Positions 36,711-50,099 of a stretch of DNA of 64,000 nucleotides are shown piece after piece. The translations under genes were made by a program, and so were the position numbers. Numbering within the stretch: position 1 is the stretch's first letter; each line of letters opens with the position of its first letter. The notes below the pieces were generated by a model. The model had not been told where the DNA came from. It did not search any database and saw nothing but the letters and a program-made list of their open reading frames with translations. Source of the DNA: Octopus sinensis (lineage: Eukaryota). The stretch spans positions 77,562,001 through 77,626,000 of the forward strand of contig NC_043004.1 of NCBI RefSeq assembly GCF_006345805.1, read 5' to 3'.

Positions 36711-38183
36711 TGGCCCTCCATCGGTTACGACGAGGGTTCCAGTTGATCCGATCAGCAGAACAGCCTGCTCGTGAAATTAACATGCAAGTGGCTGAGCACT
36801 CCACAGACACGTGTACCCTTAAAGTAGTTCTTGGGGAGATTCAGCATAACACAGAATGTAACAAGGCTGGCCCTTTGAAATACAAGTACAACAGAAACAG
36901 GAAGAAAGAGTGAGAGAAAATTCTGGTGAAAGAGTACAATCAATAAAGAGGTCTCATTCTGGCATAATATAGTGAGTGATTCCTGGCAATGAAATTTACA
37001 GTTATGAAAGTTAGTGTTGTATGGGGTTTCTACCACAAACTATAGGCCAAGATAAGGTATAAAGCATGCCGAGACTAGGTGGCTAAGGAAAGAAATTGTT
37101 TAGAGGACTTCTTTGAGAAGGAGCATAAGTGAGCAAGATAGTGTCACTTGAAGTCGATAGTACCCCCTATGTAGACCCTAGTCTGATGCCCCTTCACAGT
37201 CTAATGACTGAATCAAAGGATATATATATTTGGCAACCCTTCGTTATTGGTACACACCATTCACCTACAAAACCTTCCTTCATGACATAGATAAAAAGGT
37301 TAAGCTCTAGAACGATATATAAGGATTGCAATGTTGTCAAGCAGTGTTGGACACACACGCACATACACACACATGGACACATATATACCACTAGCGTCTT
37401 TCGGTTTCCATCTACCAAATCCTGACATTCCCCTAAGGTGCCACGCAGTGGGACTGAATCCCACATAGGCTCAGGAATGGGGGTGGATCCTTTGAATTTT
37501 TGCGAATTTGTGTAGTATTATGCAAAAAATTATGTAATTATCCCCACCCCACCTCGCAAATCCTAAAATCTCCACTCCTCAAAATGTGTTTTTTTTTTAA
37601 TAACGGTTTTAAAATACAGACAGTCCGAATCTGCCATCTATTTCTGTTCATAATTTCAAAATAATTTTCAGATGAAAAAGTGTGTGGGTTAAGGGAGATT
37701 TAGCTGTTGTTTTCAGCACATCCTACAACCACCAGGTACTTTCCTCGTTTCCTTGTCACTCGGAAAAAAAAAAAAACATTTATTAACAGAGAAGTATGCT
37801 TTTAAAATAAATTATCTTTTTCATAACCGTTTTATGTCACTGGATAAATCGCAGCAATGATCTCAGGCTCTCCGATAGCTGTGAATATTTTAGTTTTGGG
37901 TGATAAAAATAAAAAAAGATTTTCTGAAAATTCCAAAAAATGAAAAAGTTATGAGGGGTTAAATGGGATGCTTAAATCGGAATTCCACCAACACCACCAG
38001 CAAGCACCGTTGGGGGCCTCTACAGGTGTTCGCTCCGAGGCAATCATATTGAACAGGTGTCTGGTTGAGGATAATTTCCTCTCATCTACTAATCTTGGAA
38101 GTCCCGTAAAGGGGACATGAGCACTGCTCTTCCTAAATTCACACACACGTGTGCATGTGTGTGCAACACACGCATATTTCTGT

Positions 38184-38216
<33 letters not shown>

Positions 38217-38388
38217 GACCGTATTTCGTCTGCCGCTACGTTCTGAGTTCAAATTCCGCCGAGGTCGACTTTGCCTTTCATCCTTTCGGGGTCGATAAAT
38301 TACGCACTGGGGTCGATGTAATCTACTTAATTCGTTTGTCTGTCCTTGTTTGTCCCCTCTATGTTTAGCCCCTTGTGGGTAATAAAGA

Positions 38389-38432
<44 letters not shown>

Positions 38433-39518
38433 ATAGGCTATCTTCTAGAAGCCGCATATATCGAGGTGCCTTTTACTTTCTGGCGCAAAACTAAACAGCG
38501 CGGATTACACTTTCCAAAATAGCTGATTAATGTCGTTTGGTGCTATATTCAAATATATTTCATGGTTTTTATTTACAACCAAACAAATACTGTAATATTA
38601 AAGCGTCGGTTGTAAATTTCTCGCCCGAAACCATACAAACTACTGAGATATATGAAGTAAAATAACACTGCATAAAATAAATCTATCAAATTTCTGAGGA
38701 AAATGATGACTGTAGTAGCCCCAAGACCTATTATTTGATAATTATTTTTCTATAACGTGTTTTTTTATTACCCTCAGCTCAATATTGTTTAATGTTTTAT
38801 TATGTAACATACATATCTACGCGCATATTGTAGCGAACAGTGGTCCAGTTAGTCGTAAGTAGTCGATCCTAGAACGACTACCTAGCAAAGTAAACAAAAC
38901 ACAAAATTAAAAAAAAATTTACACAAAGTAAATAATTTTTGTTAAACAAAGTAAAACACAAAAACACAAAGTAAATAATTTTTTAAACAAGTAAATAGCA
39001 CACAAAAACACAGAGTAATGATCGACTAGTCATGACTAGCTAGCGCGGATGCGCGTGACGGGACCACTGTTCGCTAGTAGTACCGACCTATTATTTGATA
39101 ATTATTTTTCTATAACGTGTTTTTTTTTTATTACCCTCGGCTCAATATTGTTTAATGTTTTAATATGTAACATACATGCATATTGTAGGAATCGGAATAT
39201 GGTCACTTCGGTAGTTTTCGACTCCTCTAAGGATGAATTAGTAAACTGTTTATCTCTTTAAACTGCCGTATTTTTGCCTTATATTTCTATGTTCCAAACA
39301 ATTATATCATATTTCGTATTTGATAACTAAGAGCAATCGGTATTAAAATATGAATTGATAAGAGAAAGTCATAAGTAGAGATATTATCAGATATGACAAC
39401 AATTGATACGATAAACGTAATGAAAATACAATAAACAGCGTGCTTTGTACTTTACTTTTCTCATCCTTGCTACACGAGACGATAGAATGTCTAGAAAAAC
39501 ATAAAATTAATGCCTTAC

Positions 39519-39700
39519 CTCTGTCGTAGTTCTAACAAGCAAGTGCTCTGTATTCCTCAATATGTTACGTTACATAACTGGGACTGTTACTAAAATTAAA
39601 ACATTGTTGAATAGATGCTTAAATACGCGTATCCAGCAACGTGGGTGACATGCGGCGCCATGTTGGAAGCGTAATCGTTGGGTGTGTGTGCGAATTAATT
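39519..39700 (-). promoter_or_regulatory. Probable non-coding first exon / promoter of GPR155
   Basis: CpG-enriched non-repeat island. YY1-like CCAACATGGCG at 39666-39656 and a strong donor AGAG|GTAAGG at 39519/39518. Coding exon 1 has an acceptor only 4 nt before its ATG, so an upstream exon is expected. TSS unknown. Confidence 0.6.
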
Positions 39701-41984
39701 GACACCAACACCACGGGTGTTACAGTTTCGTTCGCAGACTAGCTTATTGATATATTGACTATATATTGGCCTTTGAAATCCAGCTATAATTGGGATAGTG
39801 AATACAGATTTACTTATGTCTCTGTTGCGAAAGAAAAATACATGAATCTGATTCAGAACGACATTTTCTGAGAGCGGGTACGTTCTTGTAGACTTTAGCA
39901 GATTGAAATGATGTCCTTTGTGGCCGGGCAAAATGTTTAACCAGTTAATGTAACCTGATGAAATGCCTAATGGAAAACAAGTGTTAAAAAGCGGAGATGA
40001 GAACAAACGTTCAAGTTATAAGCAGGATATTTTACTTTCTGGATAAATTAGTTGAAGAAATTTTTAAGATGAGGAACAGAATTCAGAGTAGTTTGGGGAG
40101 AAATAGTTGACCAAACTATTTAGTGTAGCCTGGAAAATATTGTGACCTTGTGGGTGTGATGAGGAGACAGGTGTAACAGGTAGGTCGGAGCAACTGTGGT
40201 ATGTAGTTTGCTAGTTCAGAGAAGCAAAGAGTGTTTTTATAGTGGCTGAAGGGGCAGAGGAAAATAAGGTATCTTTGGGCTTAGGGATTGTTATAGGTTG
40301 GCGAATGATTCTTCATGAATTGGCTGAATAGCTCTTTTAAATGTTGTCATAGGTATTTATGAGTGTTGTTGTAGAAACGTCCCCAATATAATAGTTTCTT
40401 TGATTGCATGTGGAGCATAGGATAGCTGTCCCCAGATGAAGCCAGCTGCCAGTGCTTCAGTCTCTGAGAACCTTCTTATATGCAATCCCTGATGACTACC
40501 TCCCGTTACCAGGATCAGTTGCATATGTTCTCTTGTTGGTGTTAATCTTCTGCTTACCACTCTCCTCCTTTCTCAACCAAACTTAGAACCAGCTTTGGAG
40601 GAGTTGGAGATTTTAGACAATGTTTTTGCTCACTCGGTTATGGATAAGAAATTAAGTATTTTCGACCATCTGAAGAAGATTTGTTTGAATTATGCAGATA
40701 TGGCATTGAGGGATCATTATGAGCATTTGTAGCAACCTTGAAGCTTTTTGTTACGCATCATTCTTGTGCAGGGACAGTTGGTGCAAGACTTTTTCTTTGA
40801 TATGTATTGTAATTATGTTTTGGTACTGCTGAGGAAAACTATATTGCCATGTGGCCATTACATGAGGTTTTCAAGGACCGTTCATGGATGTAGTGTGTGT
40901 GTGCCTGGGCTGGAATGTGTGTGTGTGTGTGTACAAACAGCTATGCTTCATGATAGTGAGACAGGGGCCAAGAATGCAGATGACATGCATGGACTGGAGA
41001 GGAATGAAGCTTGTATGTTCTTATAGATGTGCAACATCAGTGTGCATGTATGGCAGTGAAAATATTAGTGTGATGGAGGAAAAGGACAACAGAAAAAGAA
41101 GCAAACGGGAGAAAGAAATACAAAAGGCCTGACCTGTTGACCTCGGTGAAATCAGTGGTCACTCTCACGAATTAAACACATCTTGTCTCTCTGCCATCTC
41201 TGCTCAAACTGACCACACGTGCTTCCTGCCCACGCATGCCCTCTGCCTGTCTCACCGGCCCCTGCAACCCTTACTTCTGTCCACCTCATCTGCAATCCCC
41301 TCCACCAACACCACATAGCTCCATCACAGCCCAACAACACCACAAACACCACAGTTATGTTCAGGCAGAAGAATCAGATGTAACATTCAAGAGAGAAGAC
41401 TACAATGGATTGGAACATGTGAATGAAGATAGGTGTATAAAAAAATAAGGGCCAATCACTGGAAGTGGATGGTACCTATGGAAAAAGGAGACCTAGAAAG
41501 ACATGAGATTAAGTACTGAGGGCCAATCTCAAAATGTTGAGCCTCACAGAAGAGATGACAATAGACCAAGATGTCTGGTGATATGAAGTTCTTGATATGA
41601 CCTACCTACCTCAGTAAAACTGTCTGCTTAAAGCACTGTGTATTCCATTCACAATTTAAATTTAATTCACATGCCCTATCCCAATGAAACAAGCTGTGTC
41701 TCTTATTCAAAAACTATGCTTATTTCTTTCTGCTCTCTCTCTCTCTCTCTCTCCTGTCCTCCCCCAGCTAATTGTATCATTCCTATCTTGTGAGCCCCCT
41801 CCCCACCACTATATACCCATGTTTTACCACTCGCTGCATTCCCCACTTTCCTTCCCCTCTTCCTCCTTTGGCACTACCTTGAACTTATTACTTACACATG
41901 CTGGCCAATCCTCTTCCATTCCATTTATATTCGTATCCTGGTACCTTGAAAGTATGCCCTGCCACATTGCCACCATCTCACTCA

Positions 41985-42025
41985 CTCTGTCTTGCTCTCT
42001 CTCACTCTTGCTCTCTCTCACTCTT

Positions 42026-42101
<76 letters not shown>

Positions 42102-42105
42102 TCTC
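41985..42105. repeat. (CT)n microsatellite
   Basis: Direct reading; another at 47770-47842. Confidence 0.95.
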
Positions 42106-43859
42106 CCCAACTGGAGTAGCTATGTATCTCTTCTACAGCAAGACACTTGTTTCTGTCCTCTCATTACATTACACAATACTACTCCTCCTCTCAGTTAAGG
42201 AATCTTTATCTTGCAAGTTACTTGGTGACCTTACCAGTGTTGGTGCCACATAAAAAGCACAACTACAATTTCCATTTGATTTTTTGATGTTGATGTTGAT
42301 ATACTTGACTCGATAGGAATCCTCAAGCACAGCAGGTTGCCCTATGATCCAAGTTAAGCACAGCAGACCGTCCTGCAATCCAAGGTACTTTGGATGGGCT
42401 GGGGCATGTAGAACATTCTTTTCTTTGTAGTTTGGTCATAGGTGATCTACTTCTAGCATATGGCTGACCACCTAGTGGTTTTTTAGCCCTTTAAATATAC
42501 ACAGGTATTAGAATTTTCTCTGATTTTTCAGATTTTTGTATGCTAGGTTACTGGTTTTAAATTGATATTAATTAAATTAATATTCAATTTATCTACCTCA
42601 TCATTTAAATGTTTATATACACACACATACACACAAGGTCAGCTGCATAAAGAAGTGCAAAGCTCTAATTTTAGAGGGAACCTGTAGAAGAGATAGACCC
42701 AGGAAGATATAGGACAAGGGTGGGGAAATATGATCTTCAGTTGTTGAATCTCATGGAAGTGATTACAAGTGACTGAGACTTCTGGCAAGTTGCTGTTCTT
42801 GAGAAGATACATCAAACTAAGTGAAATCGTGATTGTGACCAGTGCTGGTGACATGTAAAAGGCACCCATGCCAGTGATATGTAAAAGGCACCTGTGCCGC
42901 AACATGTAAAGGTGTATCCATGCTGGTGATACATAAAAGACACCCAGTACACATAAAAGACACTCACCATAAAGTGTTTGGCATTAGGAAGGGCATCCAA
43001 CCATAGAAACCAAACCAAAACAGTTGATTGGAGCCTGGTGCATCTCTCTGGCTTATAGCTTCAGTGAAACGGTCTAACCCATGCCAGCATAGAAAACAGA
43101 GGTTAAATGATAATGATAATAATGATATATATATATGTACATAACCAGGTTGGGTGTATATGCTGAATGCAATTCTGTGCATACACTGTATATGACACTA
43201 CACGCTTTGAGCAGCATATGTCTATTATAGTTATTGTGTTTGTTCAGAGTTCAATTAATTCTATATGCACCTTTTGTTCCTCTCCCACCTTCTGATACAT
43301 GTCACTATACATTCTTCAGCTTCTTTACAGCTTTTTAATTCTTTATATTCTCAAACACATCTTACTGACCACAATCTCACTCTCCCATTGCATTTTGTCT
43401 CCTCTTCCCAGTTTGCGTATCTTCTTTGGTATTTGGTCCATCTCACTTTTCTTCCAACTCATTTGATCTGGACCTCACCACATCCCTCCCATTTTAGCTC
43501 ATACATTATTCCCACTATCTCTTACATTGTTTTGTTTTCCTATCTCCCAACATTTCTACAACCAGATGCCCTTCTTGCCTCTAACCCTTGCTTGTTTCCA
43601 GTAAGTTAATATTTCCCTGTAGCTAGATATGTTTTTCTCTTGATTGCTAAGAGGTTCTCACTCTCAATGATCTTTCTAACATACCAGACATCAACCAGGA
43701 AGTCTTCTTTTTAGTCCTAGATATGTAGCCAGCTTAGTGGTGGGTGTCGGTTTAGTCACTGACAGCCCAGCTATACAACAATTTGTACTGGATTCTATAT
43801 TACTAGTAGCATTCATGAGAGATCTCACAAGTGACCTGATATTCAATATGTGTATGTAT

Positions 43860-44450
43860 GCAGGGTGTGGTGGGTAAATTGTTGCTATTTTATATTTTTA
43901 ATTTTGCACATGCACATTGTTTTTGATTTTGTCGACTACACAGTATAGTAGGGTCAGTTGGACACTGTCTGTGAGAAAAATAGCACTATGACACAATTCA
44001 CTCTGCCAGAATTTTGGAAATGACATGTTATACTGCTTGGCATTCGTGCTGGAAGCTCCAATACAAACAAATGGTGAACACACAGAACAACCATTGGCTT
44101 ACCATGTCCCCAAAACATGTACTGAGAGGGATAAAAATCAAACATCCAGTCAAAATCATGATGTTTGGAGTGATCACTAGTGAAGGTGATGTAATGCCTT
44201 CATTCAGCTTCCCACATGGCCTCAGGCTCAACATGGAGGCATATATCAAGTGCCTGAAGGAGGTAGTGCTGACTTGGGTCAAGAGGGTGGCTGCAGGAAA
44301 ACCCTGTGTCTGGCAACAGGACTCTGTACCATGCCACACAAGTAGGAGAACCCAGTCATGGCTGTCAGACAATTTCTGTGATCACATCACCCCTAACATC
44401 TGGCCACTTAACTCCCCAGACTGCAACCTTCTTAATTATTTCTTCAGATC
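43860..44450 (+). mobile_element. Tc1/mariner-superfamily transposase relic
   Basis: KHPVKIMMFGVITSEG...VWQQDSVPCHTSRRTQSWL...WPLNSPDCNLLNY (DDE core, cf. QQDSAP..WPPNSPDLNPLDY). Confidence 0.85.
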
Positions 44451-45149
44451 TACTTCTACCTACCTACCTACCACACCTTCACAAAAGTAAAAGAGAGAGA
44501 GAGACAGAAAAAAGGAAAATGTTTCACTTATTTGAAAACAATGAAAATATTTTTTTTAAATATTTTATTTAATTTTTCCACAATTTAATCGCTTTTATGT
44601 TTTACCCCAAGTTGAAAAAGTTGCGAAGACTGTAACCAGTACTAAAATGTTCTTCATGATAAAATTACTTTAGCATTTTCTACCTTGTCCTATTTCCCTT
44701 ACATGTGTGTGTGTGTTAAAAGATAATCTGAAATGTCTGAGTATTAGGAAAGAAAACTTTGAGAATCTTGCAAGAAACCATGTAGGCTGGGGAAGAGAGC
44801 CCTTTTTCCAGCTTAAAAACTTTGAAACCCAAAGGGTACAGCTTCAAGAGCAGTTATGGGAAAATAGGAGAAGAGACCAACAGACCAACAGTCTTCCCAC
44901 AAACCACCATTGTCCACATTGTAATTTCTCAGATCATTTGCTGGTTTAATAGCTTATGTTCCCACTCATATCCATATTGTATTTGGTGGCCTCAGGACTC
45001 AGATGAGGAGTCACAACGTGAAGTAAATGAATTGTAAACATTAGTGAATGGTAGTAATAGTAGTGTGAGTATGTTATTGATTGTCTATTTGGTTGGATTT
45101 TCTTTTTTTTTTTCTGTCTTCTCACTAAACACTTATACATCATCTTCAG

Positions 45150-47043
45150 TAGGAGAGTAAGGGAGAGAATCAGTCTAGATGAGATGCAGTTTGGGTTTGT
45201 GCCAGGGAAAAGCACCACTGATGCTATATTTCTGGTAAGACGGCTGCAAGAGAAATACCTAGCCAAAGTTAAACCTCTCTACCTGGCTTTCATTGACATG
45301 GAGAAAGCCTTTGACAGGGTCCCCCGATCCCTTATCTGGTGGTCAATGAGGAAACTAGGGATAGATGAATGGTTAGTGAGAGCTGTGCAAGCCATGTACA
45401 GGGATGCTGTCTGTAAGGTGAGGGTTGGCAACGAGTACAGTGGAGAATTCCGAGTAGGGATAGGGGTCCACCAAGGATCAGTCCTCAGCCCCCTCTTATT
45501 CATCATAGTCCTCCAAGCAATAACAGAAGAATTCAAGACAGGATGCCCTTGGTAGCTCCTCTATGTTGATGACCTTTCTCTAATTGCTGAGTCACTATCA
45601 GAACTAGAAGAAAAGTTTCAGGTGTGGAAGCAAAGATTAGAATTGAAGGGCCTTAGAGTCAACCTAGCTAAAACCAAAGTTTTAATAAGTAGGAAGGCAG
45701 ACAAATTACAAATCCCTTCAGGTAGATAGTCCTGCTCAATCTGTAGAAACGGCGTAGGTAGAAACTCCATAAGATATACCCAGTGTAAGCCATGGACACA
45801 TAAGAGGTGCAGCAATATCAAAGGAAGGCTAACTAGGAAGATAGTTTTTGTATGTGGCAAATGCTCAGGTTCTATAAAAACTGAAAATGTGCAGAGAACA
45901 GCTTCTGTAACATTCCAGGGAGAAAAACCACAAGTAGTTGATAGCTTCCATTACCTAGGGAACCAAGTTAGTAGCTGCTAGAATAAGAATAGTCAGGGGA
46001 AAATTCAGAGAGCTACTACCTCTGCTGGTAACAAAGGGCCTCTTGCTCAGAGTAAAAGGTAGACTGTATGACATGGGCTGTGACAGCTGAAGACATGTGT
46101 AAGCTTGCAAGGAATGAAGCCAGTATGCTCGACTGGATGTGTAATGTCAGTGTGCATACACAATAGAATGTAAGTGCCCTGAGAAAAGTTGGATTTAAGA
46201 AGCATTAGATGTGGTGTGCAAGAGAGACGACTCTGCTGGTATGGTCATGTGTTGCGAATGAATGAGGACAGCTGTGTGAAAAAGTGTCACACCCTAGCAG
46301 TAGAGGGAGATGTGGAAGAGATAGACCAAGGAAAACCTGGGATGAAGTGGTGAAGCACGACCTTCAAACATTGGACCTCATGGAGGCAATGACTAGTGAC
46401 TGAGACCTTTAGAGATATGCTGTGCTTGAGAAGACCCGACAAGCCAAGTGAGACCAGAGCCCATGGCCTATCCCAGTGGATGTAACCAGCTCACTTATGA
46501 ATACCCCTCATTCATGGGACAATAAACTTTGCTTGTGAAGACTTATTGAGGCAAGTGAAATCAAAATCAAAATTGCTGTCATGGCCGATGACAGTACCAC
46601 CTGATTGGCACTCGTGCCAATGGAACATTAAAAGCACATCCAAGCATGATCGTTGCCAGGGCCACGGATTGGCTTCCATGCTGGTGACACGTGAAAAACA
46701 CCATTCAAATATGATCGTTGCCTACATTGCCTTACCGGCACATGAAAAACATTCAAGCATGGTTCTTGCCAGTGCCACTGGTCTGGCTCCTGTGTGTGTA
46801 GCACGTAAAAACATCTTTTGAGCATGGTCGTTGCCAGAAATGCCTGGCTGGCCCTGGTGCCAGTGTCACGTAAAAGCACTCACTACACTCCTGGAGTGGT
46901 TGGCATTAGGAAGGGCTTCCAGCTGTAGAAACTTTGCCAGATCAGATTGAGCCTGGTGCACCCTCTGGCTCACCAGAGATCAGTCAAACTGTCCAACCTA
47001 TGCTAGCATGGAAAGCGGACGTTAAACAATGATGATGATGATG
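45150..47043 (+). mobile_element. 5'-truncated RTE-clade LINE (degenerate RT + C-terminus + long 3'UTR + (GAT)n tail)
   Basis: QFGFVPGKSTTDAIF...LAFIDMEKAFDRVPR...GVHQGSVLSPLLF...LLYVDDL, then RRLCWYGHV...GRPRKTW; stops and frameshifts; continuous with the abundant tail repeat. Confidence 0.92.
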
Positions 47044-47319
47044 ACATATATATATATATATATGTGTATATACATCTTATCTTTTCTTTTATCTTTTACT
47101 TGTTTCAGTCATTTGACTGTAGCCATTTAAGGGCACCACCTTGAAGGGTTTTAGTCAAATAAATTGACCAAGGACTTTATTTTTTTAAGTCTAGTACTTA
47201 TTCCATTTGTTTCTTTTGCTGAACTGCTAAATTTCAGGGTTGTAAACATACCAATACCAGCTTCCAGGCGGTAGTGGGGGGACAAACACAGACACAAAGA
47301 CACACACATACATATGTAG

Positions 47320-47402
47320 GTAGGCACATACATACATACGTACATATGTACATACATAGATACATACATACATACATACATACATACATACGTACATATA
47401 TA
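47320..47402. repeat. (ATAC)n microsatellite inside SINE D
   Basis: Direct reading; related (TATG)n at 58255-58395. Confidence 0.9.
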
Positions 47403-47768
47403 CAATGGACTTCTTTTGGTTTCTGTTTACCAAAGCTACTCACAAGGCTTTGGTCGGCCTGAGACTATGGAAGAAGACACTTGCCTGAGGTGCCACACAG
47501 TAGGACTGAACCTGGAGCCATGTGGTTGGGAAGCAAACTTCTTACCACACACACACACACATTCCAGTATTGGAATAAAAACAAAATGGCAATATAAATT
47601 ATAATTCAATCTGTGCAACTCAATAACAAGTGGCACAGCTGCACAGTACCAGTACGTATTGATGCCCATAAAGACAGATAAATGACACAGCAAAAGATTT
47701 TTTTACCACCACCCATGAATGCAGACACACACAAACACCTGAATGCACACTCACACACAAACACATAT

Positions 47769-47845
<77 letters not shown>

Positions 47846-48299
47846 TTCTTCACCTATACATTCCCTCTCGCATCCATACAACCACATAAATATTGAACCT
47901 AAAACTAAAAGACAGACGTGAAGCTAAACCTGGAGTAGGGAAGGCATTGTCAGTGCAGAGGTCATGGATAGTAATGAAAAGACTTTGGTAAACTGATGAA
48001 CTAATTAACTAAATGATTAATCAAACAATTAATTATTTCCTTGATTAAGTAGCTAACCAATTGACAAATAAGTAAGAAATGAAATTGAATTATGTATCTT
48101 TTACTTCAAATCATAGCTCAATCTGTGATTATATAATTTAATTCATTACTTTAAGCAATGGTTAGCAAGTTTGCTTTGGCAATGCTAAAGATATTTTGGT
48201 GATACGGATTGTGTCTCACTATAAATGGTATGACCTGTTCTTGTTTTCTTCTGTTTGGTTGCCTTCTTTGGGGTTCCTCTTTTTTGTGTTGCCACGCTT

Positions 48300-49192
48300 G
48301 AATTGTGCTTTTTATGTGCCACTGGCACAGGACCAGTCAGGCGGCACTGGCATCAACCACGCTCTAATGGTGCTTTTTTACTAGTCATTGCCTTGGTGAG
48401 GCCCAATGTTTGAAGGTCGTGCTTTACCACCTTATCCCAGGTCTTCCTCTTCCACAGGTTCCCTCTACTGCTAGGGTGTGACACTTTTTCATACAGCTGT
48501 CCTCATCCATATGCAACACATGACCATACCAACGCAGTTGTCTCTCTTGCACACCACATCTGATACTTTTTATGTCCAACTTTTCTCTCAGGGCGCTTAC
48601 ACTCTGCCATGTATGCACACTGACATTACAATCCAGTGGAGCATACTAGCTTCATTTCTTTTAAGCTTACACATGTCCTCAGCAGTCACGGCCCATGTTT
48701 CACTGCCATGTAGCATGGCTGTTCACACATATACATTATATAGTAAGCCTTTTATTCTGGATGGGAGACCCTTTGTCACCAGATGAGGTAGGAGCTCTCT
48801 GAACTTTGCCCAGGCTATTCTTATTCCAGCAGCTACACTCTCAGAACATCCACCTGCTACTGACTTAATTACCCAGGTAACGGAAGCTATCAACTACTTC
48901 TAGTTTTTCTCCCTGGAATGTGGCAGAAGTTGTTCTCTGCACATTTTCAATGTTTATTGCCCCTGAGCATTTGCCACACACAAAAACTATCGTCCCATTT
49001 AGCCTTCCTTTGATATTGCTACACCTCTTATGTGTTCATAGCTTACACTGGGTACATCTTAAGGAGTTTCTAGCTACTCCTTTTCTACAGATCAAGCAGG
49101 GCCATCTACCTGAAGGCATTTGTAATTTGTCTGTCCTCCTACTTACTAAGACTTTGGTTTTTGCTAGATTGACTCTAAGGCCCTTTGATTAT
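48300..49192 (-). mobile_element. RTE LINE internal/3' fragment
   Basis: Reverse complement of the 45640-46400 sequence (RCGVQERQLRWYGHV...GTCGRGRP). Confidence 0.85.
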
Positions 49193-50099
49193 ATATAACA
49201 CAGTTGTGTTATGGCATACTCCATCCAATCAGGGTTGGCTGCATAGGAATGCAAAAGGCAAGTCTCTGCCCAAGGAGAGAAGCGGTGGAGTTTTAAGCAG
49301 TTGACGAAAAGATGGCACAGCAGCAATATTTCTTCTTTCATCATGAAACAGCTTTTGGGTTTTTCACCACCAACTTCATGCAGCTAACTGTAGTTATATT
49401 AGCTCTCAACTTGTCACCCACTGAACAGCCTAGTTCATTTATACTAATTTCGCTCCTCGAATATCTGGATGACATCAGCCACTACTCTGCTTCGTAATGG
49501 ACTGTATATTTTCATTTAAGCTAGCTTCATCTCTATTAGCTTACAATGGCTTCTAACAGAATCATTTTTGTTTGAAAGTAGGTTATTATGCTTTACCTGG
49601 CTAATGACACACATTCTGTGTCTGATTAGTATTTGTGAGGGGAACAGCTGGAAGAGATGTCTTCCTGGGACTATAAATGCCAGTAGCACTGTCCCATATA
49701 GAACGCTACGCTTGGTTGGTGATTATATGTTACAATTCCGTATTGCTACTGTTTACATCTGGCTCAGAGATTTAATATAGCTTATTTCTCCTTTTTCGAG
49801 ATCAGCGACGGTTCGTCACTGGAAAAAGCATACAATATTTTGCGAGTGGGGTGAGTTTTCATCACTAGCTGGTGATTAACACATGCTGAGAACAGGTAAC
49901 CACCCAGAAACTTGAGTCCATGTGTAATCAGATAAGGCTAGGGATGTGAGTAATGACCTCCCATTGCAAATACTAATCGGACACAGAATGTGTGTTGTTA
50001 GCCAGCTGGAAGAGATGTCTTCCTGGGGTTATAAACGCCAGTAGCACTGTCCCATATAGGACGCCACACCTGGTTGGCAATTCTATGTATATATATATG

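Noticed and set aside
39800-39880. First exon of a divergent plus-strand gene from the GPR155 promoter
   Set aside because: A possible donor (GCGG|GTACGT) exists, but ATG-led frames stop quickly and no downstream exons were found before DCTN4.
41684-42253. 189-aa ORF and similar ORFs at 47606-47921, 51785-52025, 52865-53359
   Set aside because: Translations of (CT)n, (TA)n and SINE sequence; low complexity.
44014-44490. Domesticated transposase gene
   Set aside because: Partial and degraded catalytic motifs (QDSVP, SPDCNLLNY), no N-terminal DNA-binding domain in frame; treated as a relic.
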